Of a stretch of 61,794 nt of DNA, positions 9,216-16,471 are shown piece after piece. This stretch comes from Candidatus Daviesbacteria bacterium (GTDB lineage: Bacteria > Patescibacteriota > Microgenomatia > Daviesbacterales > UBA10151): the NCBI GenBank assembly GCA_021731695.1, contig JAKFWZ010000070.1, positions 1 through 61,794 of the forward strand, written 5' to 3'. The translations under genes were made by a program, and so were the position numbers. How positions within the stretch are numbered: position 1 is the stretch's first letter; every line of letters begins with the position of its first letter. The notes beneath the pieces were generated by a model, which did no database searches, was not told where the DNA came from, and saw only the letters and a list, made by a program, of their open reading frames with translations.

Positions 9216-9878
9216 ATGGGGATAAGCATTAGGTGGAGTGCTAAGTTAGCTTATGTAGTAGGTCTTATTGCCTCTGATGGGTGCTTATCAAATGATAGAA
9301 GACATATTGATTTTACCTCTAAGGATTTGGAACAAGTACAAACCTTCGCCAGATTATTAAAACTAAATAACAAAATTGGAACAAAAGGAATAAGCAGGAA
9401 AGATGGTCAACTTTACTATAGAATAGAGTTTGGAAATGTTAATTTCTATAGATTTCTATTAAAAATAGGATTAACTCCAAATAAATCGAAAACAATAGGT
9501 ATACTTTTAATTCCGGATAAATATTTTATTGATTTTTTAAGAGGCTCTTTTGACGGTGATGGACATTCTTACTCTTATTGGGATCCCAGATGGAAAAGTA
9601 GTTTTCAGCTATATATTGGATTTTCATCAGCCAGTCTTAAGCACATTGAGTGGTTACAGTCTAAAATTGAGAGTTTATATAACCTGAGGGGAAATGTTAA
9701 AAAAGGAAATCGCTCATTCCAGCTTGAGTTTGCAAAATACTCTTCGCTTCTTTTAATTGAAAAAATTTACTATAAAAAAGGTCTACCATTTCTTACAAGA
9801 AAGCACTCGAAAATTACAGCTGCATTAAGTATAATATCGACCAGTAAGCGGACGTGGCGGAATGGTATACGCGTATGA
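9216..9878 (+). CDS. Free-standing double-motif LAGLIDADG endonuclease
   Basis: AYVVGLIASDG and FLRGSFDGDG motifs; lies between two tRNA-Leu genes with its stop inside the second. Confidence 0.88.
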   Translation: MGISIRWSAKLAYVVGLIASDGCLSNDRRHIDFTSKDLEQVQTFARLLKLNNKIGTKGISRKDGQLYYRIEFGNVNFYRFLLKIGLTPNKSKTIGILLIPDKYFIDFLRGSFDGDGHSYSYWDPRWKSSFQLYIGFSSASLKHIEWLQSKIESLYNLRGNVKKGNRSFQLEFAKYSSLLLIEKIYYKKGLPFLTRKHSKITAALSIISTSKRTWRNGIRV

Positions 9879-9928
9879 TTGAGGTTCATATGCCGCAAGG
9901 CGTGGAGGTTCAAGTCCTCTCGTCCGCA
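9848..9928 (+). tRNA. tRNA-Leu(GAG)
   Basis: gcggacg/cgtccgc, tatga-ttGAGgt-tcata, variable arm gccgcaaggc. Confidence 0.95.
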
Positions 9929-10096
9929 CAGTTTAGGTTATAATACAAATGGCTTAGGGTTAAGATAGTAAAACACTGAAGTCCAGTGAACTTCTAACTT
10001 ACTGTTCAGTCGAAGTCGTTTAGACTTCGAAAACAGGGCACTTTAGATAGTTATACGCGAAGCGGAACTATCGCAAGGGCCCCGAGCGCAGCGAAG

Positions 10097-10169
10097 GGGC
10101 ACTTAGCTCAGTTGGTAGAGCGCTTCGTTTACACCGAAGATGTCAGGGGTTCGAGTCCCTTAGTGCCCA
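10097..10169 (+). tRNA. tRNA-Val(TAC)
   Basis: gggcact/agtgccc, cttcg-ttTACac-cgaag, T-arm. Confidence 0.96.
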
Positions 10170-10323
10170 CATTAAAAAGAGGCTATCTTTAGATAGACTT
10201 TTTTAAATTGGTTTTGGTAGGGAGCGAATTAAATCTTTGAAGACCGTAGGTCGCAAGCTCTGCTTATTTGGTTCGGCTTTTTCTTTCTAAGAAAATGGGT
10301 GTATTGTCCCTTAGTGCCCACAT
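10155..10323 (+). mobile_element. tRNA-3'-duplicating mini-element, copy 2 (18-nt repeat, 151-bp period including a ~26-nt nested insert)
   Basis: gtcccttagtgcccacat at 10155-10172 and 10306-10323; core aaatctttga[insert]tttggttcggc-hairpin-gtgtatt. Confidence 0.8.
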
Positions 10324-10347
10324 AAAAGAAAGTAAAAAAAGGTGATT

Positions 10348-10827
10348 TTATCGAAATCTTCTTAACTGCTGGAATTGCGCACTTAATGCTTCATTTGTTA
10401 AATATGCCCCATAGGTACCAGAAGGATTTAACGGTTGATTTCGTGATTCATCTCTAATCTTTGTCTGTTCATCTTGGGGCAAAGAACTAAATTGACTTTG
10501 TTGAAATCTGATTACTTCACCTAGGTTGGATAGTCTTGAAATATCAGGAACAGAAGCGCTTGGTTTTGTATATGTAAAAATAGTATGCCCCGCAGCGTCT
10601 GTCCACTGTCTTAGTACCCGGGTGTTTTCTGGGTTAATGTCAATTTGTCCGGCAGCATTCCGGTTAACAACAACACATGTTTCTTGAAGCTTGTAGCCAG
10701 CTTCTTTCTCACGCAGCGCCTTCATTTGTTCATCAAATTCTGCTTGACGAACAGCACGTCGAGCTTTTATTCCTGCCAATACCTCAGGAGGTAGGTTTTT
10801 TAATTCGTCTAAAGGGTCCCGATCCAT
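10348..10827 (-). CDS. Hypothetical protein (orphan)
   Basis: 159-aa ORF with upstream -10-like element. Confidence 0.7.
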   Translation of the reverse strand: MDRDPLDELKNLPPEVLAGIKARRAVRQAEFDEQMKALREKEAGYKLQETCVVVNRNAAGQIDINPENTRVLRQWTDAAGHTIFTYTKPSASVPDISRLSNLGEVIRFQQSQFSSLPQDEQTKIRDESRNQPLNPSGTYGAYLTNEALSAQFQQLRRFR

Positions 10828-10913
10828 GAGAGAATTATATCATATTATAGGTTATAAATGAATTTAATACCCATTGATTTGACTAAATTTTATTAATAAG
10901 ATTAATTGAAGTT

Positions 10914-11120
10914 ATGGACTCAATATTAAAAATTCTCGCACTTTATGGTTTGGTCTTTTTGCTTTTGACTTTAACTGCAAATTTTCTCTGGAGAGCTTTT
11001 CCTAAAATAAAAGGAGACATTTATCTACAAAATACCGGAATTGATTTCTATATTCCCTGTACATCTTCGGTAATTATTACAGTCATCATCACAATGCTCT
11101 TCTTCAATTACTTCAAGTAA
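10914..11120 (+). CDS. DUF2905-family small membrane protein
   Basis: Two TM helices with KGDIYLQNTGIDFYIPCTSSVII pattern. Confidence 0.65.
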   Translation: MDSILKILALYGLVFLLLTLTANFLWRAFPKIKGDIYLQNTGIDFYIPCTSSVIITVIITMLFFNYFK

Positions 11121-11178
11121 GCTTTTTGTCTAAAGAACTTATTTAAGTTTCGATAATTAAGCTGCTATTATAAAATGA

Positions 11179-11655
11179 GTGAATATTAAAAAATGCTCCA
11201 TGTGCGGTGAAGTAAAAAGTGTTTCGGAGTTTTACCAAAGAAGAAAACATCGTAGCGGAGAGTATTACGAAAAATGTAAAGATTGTTCTAAGACGCGGGG
11301 TAGAAATTATTACCACCAAAACCATGAGCGTCAACTACGACTGGCTTTACTCAGAAAAGATAGATATAAAGAGGAACGAAGAAAATGGCTTGAAAAAATA
11401 AAGGATAGACCTTGTATTGATTGTGGTGTAAAATACCCTCCATATATCATGGATTTTGATCATAAAGATGGTGTGGTCAAAATCGCAAGTATTTCCTGGT
11501 TGGCATTGCATAATACATCCAACCTTGAAGTGATTAAATTAGAGATAGCAAAGTGCGAATTGGTTTGTGCTAATTGTCATAGACAGAGAACGCACGACAG
11601 ATTAAAAAAAATTAAATCAGCCGCAGTAGCCAAGGTGGTCAAGGCAGGTGTTTGA
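11179..11655 (+). CDS. HNH endonuclease with N-terminal Zn finger, 3' end overlapping tRNA-Phe
   Basis: CSMC..CKDC, PCIDCG, DFDHKD, CELVCANCHRQRT. Confidence 0.85.
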   Translation: MNIKKCSMCGEVKSVSEFYQRRKHRSGEYYEKCKDCSKTRGRNYYHQNHERQLRLALLRKDRYKEERRKWLEKIKDRPCIDCGVKYPPYIMDFDHKDGVVKIASISWLALHNTSNLEVIKLEIAKCELVCANCHRQRTHDRLKKIKSAAVAKVVKAGV

Positions 11656-11692
11656 AGAACATCCTATTTCAGTTCGACTCTGGACTGCGGCA
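11620..11692 (+). tRNA. tRNA-Phe(GAA)
   Basis: gccgcag/ctgcggc, ggtgt-ttGAAga-acatc, ttcag-ttcgact-ctgga. Confidence 0.9.
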
Positions 11693-11732
11693 CACTTCAC
11701 TTCGTTCAGTGTAAACCCTGAAGAAGTGGTTT

Positions 11733-11981
11733 TTGTATATTTTGACAAGAATCGATGATAGTTTTTACACAGGAATTACATCGAATCTTGAAAGAAGGGT
11801 AAAAGAACATAACGAAGGTAAGAGTTTATCGACTAAAGGAAAGCTTCCGGTTAGTTTAGTTTATTGGGAAAGTTTTCCAGATAAATATAAAGCTGCTCGG
11901 TATTTTGCAAGAATAAAAGGATGGAGTAGGTTAAAGAAGCAGAATTTAATCAGTAAGTTTACATTGAGTCAGCTAAGCTGA
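11733..11981 (+). CDS. GIY-YIG nuclease (small, UPF0213-like); start uncertain
   Basis: YIL...FYTGITSNLERRVKEHN; preceded in frame by aag-tgg-ttt where ATG-TGG-TTT would be expected. Confidence 0.75.
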   Translation: MYILTRIDDSFYTGITSNLERRVKEHNEGKSLSTKGKLPVSLVYWESFPDKYKAARYFARIKGWSRLKKQNLISKFTLSQLS

Positions 11982-11987
11982 CGAAAT

Positions 11988-12059
11988 GCGGGAGTAACTC
12001 AGTGGTAGAGTGCCTCGTTGCCAACGAGGATGTCGAGGGTTCAAATCCCTTCTCCCGCT
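11988..12059 (+). tRNA. tRNA-Gly(GCC)
   Basis: gcgggag/ctcccgc, cctcg-ttGCCaa-cgagg, T-arm. Confidence 0.96.
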
Positions 12060-12184
12060 CTTAAAGAAAAAGTCGACCCTTGTGGTCGATCTTTTTGTTT
12101 AAAGGGAGGGTTGGGATTTTAATCAAATCTTTGATTTGGTTCAGCCTCGCGAAGCGAGTCGTGTATTATCCCTTCTCCCGCTCT
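12045..12184 (+). mobile_element. tRNA-3'-duplicating mini-element, copy 3 (17-nt repeat, 123-bp period)
   Basis: atcccttctcccgctct at 12045-12061 and 12168-12184; core tttaatcaaatctttgatttggttcagc-hairpin-gtgtatt. Confidence 0.8.
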
Positions 12185-12189
12185 CAACT

Positions 12190-12915
12190 TTAAGCAGTTC
12201 TGAAAAAAAATTTTCTGTTTTTCCAATAATCTCTGTCTACCTCTCCGGCCTTAAGATCTGCAAAATACCTCTCATCCATTCTTCCATCAGACCAATTTGC
12301 ATAGTCTCTTTTTAGGACTTTCACTTTTTCTCTTAAAATAGGATTATTACCAAATGGAGATTTGTAGCCGCGGTAAACCATTAACTCTTCTGCCACCGTC
12401 GCTCTATCATCTAAGAATGTGTGCCGACCATAAACTTCTGCATATCCTGAGCAATTAACTTTACTAAGTTGTCTAGAATTTAAATCCCAATAAGCATCTC
12501 CTAAATAAGGTAATAAAGGATTATTTAGTTCTTTCCATTGGGCAATTCCTCTGTCAGATAAAGCACCCGGTTGTTGATCAGCTCTGTGCAATATTTCGTG
12601 ATGAACTATGCGAGGCCTTACCATATCAAAATATATTGGCCCATTACTAAATGCCAGTCCTGCTACCGAAATCCATCGTTCTCCGATTCTGTGTTCTATA
12701 TCATTTGCTATGAGTAACTGAGAAATATTGCAATCACGGATAAACTCAGGCGGGTAGACTTTTAATGCATCTCTGAATTCAGATACATCTTCAGCAGCAT
12801 ACTCTATAAGATCTTTTAGAGGTTCAAGCTTAACAGTCTTGGGTACTTCTACTAACCTTGGAGAAACTCTTACAGTCAATCCATACTCCTTTTTTAATCC
12901 TCTTAAATCTTTCAA
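12190..12915 (-). CDS. Putative zinc metallopeptidase (HExxH); N-terminus possibly cut by an in-frame TAA
   Basis: HHEILHRAD and YAEVYG..FLDDRATVAE resemble the putative zinc-binding metallopeptidase family; upstream in-frame ATG at 12993 followed by TAA at codon 6. Confidence 0.6.
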   Translation of the reverse strand: MKDLRGLKKEYGLTVRVSPRLVEVPKTVKLEPLKDLIEYAAEDVSEFRDALKVYPPEFIRDCNISQLLIANDIEHRIGERWISVAGLAFSNGPIYFDMVRPRIVHHEILHRADQQPGALSDRGIAQWKELNNPLLPYLGDAYWDLNSRQLSKVNCSGYAEVYGRHTFLDDRATVAEELMVYRGYKSPFGNNPILREKVKVLKRDYANWSDGRMDERYFADLKAGEVDRDYWKNRKFFFRTA

Positions 12916-13130
12916 CAGCTGAAAAAAACTTCTTCTTTGATAGAGTTGATAGTCATTTCCACACTCTTGAAGTATTTATCTGACCTCATTCATATGATTA
13001 TAGTAGCAAATTAAAAGATTAAATTCAAACTATGGGGTAAAAAATCCCCCTTTAATTTACTCTTTGTACAAATTACTTTGCCTAGGCTTGAGCAAATCTC
13101 AGGGGAGATTAAATTTTCCTATTCCATTGC

Positions 13131-13388
13131 TTATGCAGCAATAGGCTCTGCAGGTTCTGCAGCTGGTGCTTCCACTCCTCCATCTTGAGGTGGTGTCTGC
13201 ATTGGGTCAGGAGTTGTTGCTCCCGGCATTGCAGGTTCTCCTGCTGGTGGCATTTGTGGTGCCTGTCCAGGTTCTGTTGTGGGTGCATCTGTTCCTGTAG
13301 GAGCTGGTGCTCCCATTGGATCTGCAGCTGGTGTCTCTCCTGGCATTCCTGCAGGTGCAGTTGGGTTTGTTGTATTTGTATTGTCCAT
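13131..13388 (-). CDS. Small Pro/Ala/Gly-rich disordered protein
   Basis: ATG with upstream aaggcggtga RBS; low-complexity PAP/PAG motifs. Confidence 0.7.
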   Translation of the reverse strand: MDNTNTTNPTAPAGMPGETPAADPMGAPAPTGTDAPTTEPGQAPQMPPAGEPAMPGATTPDPMQTPPQDGGVEAPAAEPAEPIAA

Positions 13389-13530
13389 TTAAATATCACC
13401 GCCTTTCTTTAAGTTCCTCTTCAGTTTAATCGGTGAATTAAAAATATGTCAAGGAGTTGCGTATGAAAAGTGTAATTCTTTTATAACATTAGTACGGGCT
13501 TTTAAGGCTAATTTAAGGTAGAATGAATTT

Positions 13531-14487
13531 ATGTTTGTAGATGAAGCAGAAGTTGAATTAATAGCAGGACACGGCGGACCCGGTAAAGTTTCTTTTCATA
13601 AACCTCCCGTTCGAGGTCCTGACGGAGGTAATGGTGGAAAAGGCGCGAATTTAATCTTTCGCTCGACTGATTCAATTAGTACTTTAGGATATTTCTTAAA
13701 GCATAAAAAAGTCAGTGCAGATAATGGCGCTTCCGGTGAATCGAATAGAAAATCAGGAAAAGACGGAATGGATCTTTATCTTGATGTACCAGTCTCAACT
13801 CAGGTTACAGATTTAGAATCAGGCGAAGTCTTCGTGCTTCCAAAGCCGGGAATGGAAGTTGTTCTTTGCAAGGGTGGAAAAGGTGGTAGAGGCAATTACG
13901 AATTCCGTTCTCCCCGTAATACAACTCCAGAATATGCTCAACCCGGACTTTCAGGTCAGACGAGAAAAGTTAAAATTCAGATTAAGTTAATCGCAGATAT
14001 TGGTTTAATCGGGCTTCCAAATTCCGGAAAGAGCTCCTTACTTAATGAATTAACTAATGCAAATGTAAAAGTCGGAGATTACGCTTTTACTACTTTAGAG
14101 CCAAATTTAGGCATTGTGGCAAGAGACCTGCCTGCCGGCAGGCAGGTTATTGCCGATATTCCGGGAATTATCGAAGGGGCAAATACAGGTAAGGGCTTAG
14201 GAATTAAATTTTTAAAACATATAGAGAAGGTTAAAATTTTGCTTCACTGTATCCCCTGCGATTCACTTGATCCTCTAGGCGATTATCAAATAATTAAGAA
14301 AGAAATGACTGCTTTTAATGCTCACCTCGGTCGCAAAAAAGAAATTATTTTATTAACTAAATCAGATTTAACTGATGAAGCCGGTATTGAAACTTTAACA
14401 AATGAATTGTCGAGTTTAGGTAAACAAATTATTCCGGTTTCTGTGTATAATTTTGATAGTATTGAAAACCTTAAAAAATTAGTATGA
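13531..14487 (+). CDS. obgE: GTPase ObgE/CgtA with in-frame palindrome insertion
   Basis: FVDEA..AGHGGPG, GPDGGNGGKG, ADIGLIGLPNSGKSSLL, YAFTTLEPNLG, DIPG, TKSD. Confidence 0.95.
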   Translation: MFVDEAEVELIAGHGGPGKVSFHKPPVRGPDGGNGGKGANLIFRSTDSISTLGYFLKHKKVSADNGASGESNRKSGKDGMDLYLDVPVSTQVTDLESGEVFVLPKPGMEVVLCKGGKGGRGNYEFRSPRNTTPEYAQPGLSGQTRKVKIQIKLIADIGLIGLPNSGKSSLLNELTNANVKVGDYAFTTLEPNLGIVARDLPAGRQVIADIPGIIEGANTGKGLGIKFLKHIEKVKILLHCIPCDSLDPLGDYQIIKKEMTAFNAHLGRKKEIILLTKSDLTDEAGIETLTNELSSLGKQIIPVSVYNFDSIENLKKLV

Positions 14488-14996
14488 AGTTTTTTAGACC
14501 CAATGTAATTATTGCTATTTTGGTAATAGTTTTGATTGCAGCCGCGGCCTTTATTTTTATCAACAGACAAAATAATTCAACCAATGAGGCTGTAAATCTA
14601 AATGTTTCTGATTCAACACTCGCAGCTGACGCTGAAAATTCCGGAGCACCAATTCCTTCAGATTTCACCGAGGTTTATAACGGTGCTTCAATTTCCGGTA
14701 CACCTGTTCCAAGCAAACCTCCCCTCTCTTCTTACATATATAATGGCGCAACAATTAAAAATCAAACTGAATCGCATTTAGAGATTGAAAGTACAGATGA
14801 TCCCCAAGTTATAACTGATTGGTATAAAAAGATGATCAATGATTTAAATTTCAACGCCAAGTCATTTTCCCAGACAAGCTCTAACGGAGTTGTATTTAAT
14901 AAATTATCGGCTGCAAAACCTGCGGAGAAAATAGAAATTAATATCAAAAAAGATCAAACTACATCAATCGTTGTCATAACTGTTGACAGGTTCTAA
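14484..14996 (+). CDS. Membrane-anchored hypothetical protein
   Basis: N-terminal TM helix; ATGA overlap with obgE. Confidence 0.7.
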   Translation: MKFFRPNVIIAILVIVLIAAAAFIFINRQNNSTNEAVNLNVSDSTLAADAENSGAPIPSDFTEVYNGASISGTPVPSKPPLSSYIYNGATIKNQTESHLEIESTDDPQVITDWYKKMINDLNFNAKSFSQTSSNGVVFNKLSAAKPAEKIEINIKKDQTTSIVVITVDRF

Positions 14997-15043
14997 GTCT
15001 TTTTGTTAGCATCCCCTCTACCTGTTCTTCTGCTCCCAATTTT

Positions 15044-15622
15044 ATGCATCAAATTAATTTCGCGCGCGTTAGTAGTAATAAAACTAAAACTTATGTTATC
15101 GCAGCTGTTGTGCTTTTAGTGCTCATTATTGGTTTAGTAAAACTCAATCCGTTTCAGGGTAATGTTGCCGGAGTTTCGACATCCAAAACTGCAATTAAAG
15201 ACGCGCTCTCAACAACAGCTATCAATAGAGAATTTAGTTTTCCTTTGACAGATGATAAAGGAGAAACAGTCGGACAAATTAAATACATTATTGAAAGCGC
15301 CGAACTTCGTGATGAGATCGTGATCAAAGGTAAAAAAGCTTACGCAGTTGATGGCAAAGTCTTTTTGGTTTTAAACTTAAAAATTGTTAATGAAAGCAAC
15401 AAAAATATTGCAATGGCAACGAAGGATTACACAAGATTAATCGTTAATAGTAATGAAGCGGAACCGCTTTCTCCAAGCATTCACAATGACCCTGTTACTG
15501 TTGACGCGATTTCTGTAAAGCCTACGAGAATTGGTTTCTCTGTTAATAAAGAGGATAAGGATTTAAAGATTAAGGTTGGAGAGATTCAGGGCGAAAAAAC
15601 TACAATAGATATCAAATTCTAA
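15044..15622 (+). CDS. Membrane-anchored DUF4352-like Ig-fold protein
   Basis: N-terminal TM; GKVFLVLNLKIVNESNKNI pattern. Confidence 0.55.
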   Translation: MHQINFARVSSNKTKTYVIAAVVLLVLIIGLVKLNPFQGNVAGVSTSKTAIKDALSTTAINREFSFPLTDDKGETVGQIKYIIESAELRDEIVIKGKKAYAVDGKVFLVLNLKIVNESNKNIAMATKDYTRLIVNSNEAEPLSPSIHNDPVTVDAISVKPTRIGFSVNKEDKDLKIKVGEIQGEKTTIDIKF

Positions 15623-15625
15623 ATT

Positions 15626-15880
15626 ATGGATTCAAAACAAAATCCAACTACAGAGCTTCTTAATATATTAAGCAGGGCAATGGATTCAAATACTTATGGA
15701 AGTATTGAAATTTTTCTTGAAGACGGTGAAATTACCCAAATAACAGAACGAAGAATTAAGAAGCTTAAGAGAACCAAATCTGCAGTAAAGCTTCAGGCAA
15801 AAAGTGCAGCTAAACCTCAGTCGAAAAACAAATCCTCTCAAAGAAAAGATTCAGAAATTCCGGTTAAATATCAAAACTAA
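15626..15880 (+). CDS. DUF2292/YezD-like small protein with basic tail
   Basis: YGSIEIFLEDGEITQITE motif. Confidence 0.65.
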   Translation: MDSKQNPTTELLNILSRAMDSNTYGSIEIFLEDGEITQITERRIKKLKRTKSAVKLQAKSAAKPQSKNKSSQRKDSEIPVKYQN

Positions 15881-15904
15881 TTCCCCTGTCGATTAGATTT
15901 TTAT

Positions 15905-16033
15905 AGCGACAAATCTTAAAACCACGAGCATTAGCTCGCGGATGAAGATTTTCCGAACACGTAGTGTGAGGACAAGCGACCTTAGCCGCTTGAAGCTAGA
16001 AGAAACCACGGGCGTAAGCCCGTGGAGCTTCAT
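15905..16033 (+). mobile_element. 129-bp non-autonomous IS200/IS605-type mini-element, copy 1
   Basis: TTAT immediately 5'; hairpins ccacgagcattagctcgcgg and ccacgggcgtaagcccgtgg; ends gagcttcat; 128/129 identical to inverted copy 30857-30985. Confidence 0.85.
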
Positions 16034-16160
16034 TTCAATCCAATTGCCAAAAAGCGACTTGTCGCAAAGATATTTTTATTAGGCCTAAATATATTTACTC
16101 ATCAATAATATAGTAAATTTTAAAAAGCCCAAACTCATGAATAACTCACGGAATAACCAC

Positions 16161-16189
16161 TTGACAACCTATATCCTAATAGATAATAT
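16161..16189 (+). promoter_or_regulatory. Sigma70-like promoter of the repeat-protein cluster
   Basis: TTGACA 16161-16166, 17 nt, TAATAT 16184-16189. Confidence 0.6.
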
Positions 16190-16260
16190 CAAGTAACAAA
16201 TATAGTTAATTTTCACAAAGGTGAAGTCTATATTTGCACAATTTACAACAGAATATTTTT

Positions 16261-16338
16261 GATAGACGACCGCAAACGGAGGCTATCTTGGAACTTTCCT
16301 TTTAAACAGGAAGTTGCAGGACGGCCTCCGTTTTTTTG
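16261..16338 (+). promoter_or_regulatory. Structured leader with intrinsic terminator / alternative antiterminator
   Basis: aaacggaggc...gcctccgttttttt stem with U-tract; competing gatag..ccgcaaacgg..ctatc pairing. Confidence 0.6.
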
Positions 16339-16471
16339 TTCATTATGAGCAGACGGACCTTAACTTTCATCTATCTGCCTTCTGAATCTTTTCAGAATTG
16401 TGGAAGTTAAGAAATATTTTGAAGTGTTCCCAACATCAGGGAAATTAAAGGGGGGAGGTGAAATATTACAA

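Noticed and set aside
3472-12184. CRISPR array or tRNA introns as an explanation for the tRNA-associated repeats
   Set aside because: There are no regularly spaced identical repeats with unique spacers, all tRNAs fold completely without interruption, and no group I intron core was seen.
16261-16338. c-di-GMP-I or c-di-AMP riboswitch
   Set aside because: Only a GCAAA-like word matches. The GAAA tetraloop/receptor and the other conserved blocks are absent, so it is kept only as an unidentified structured leader.
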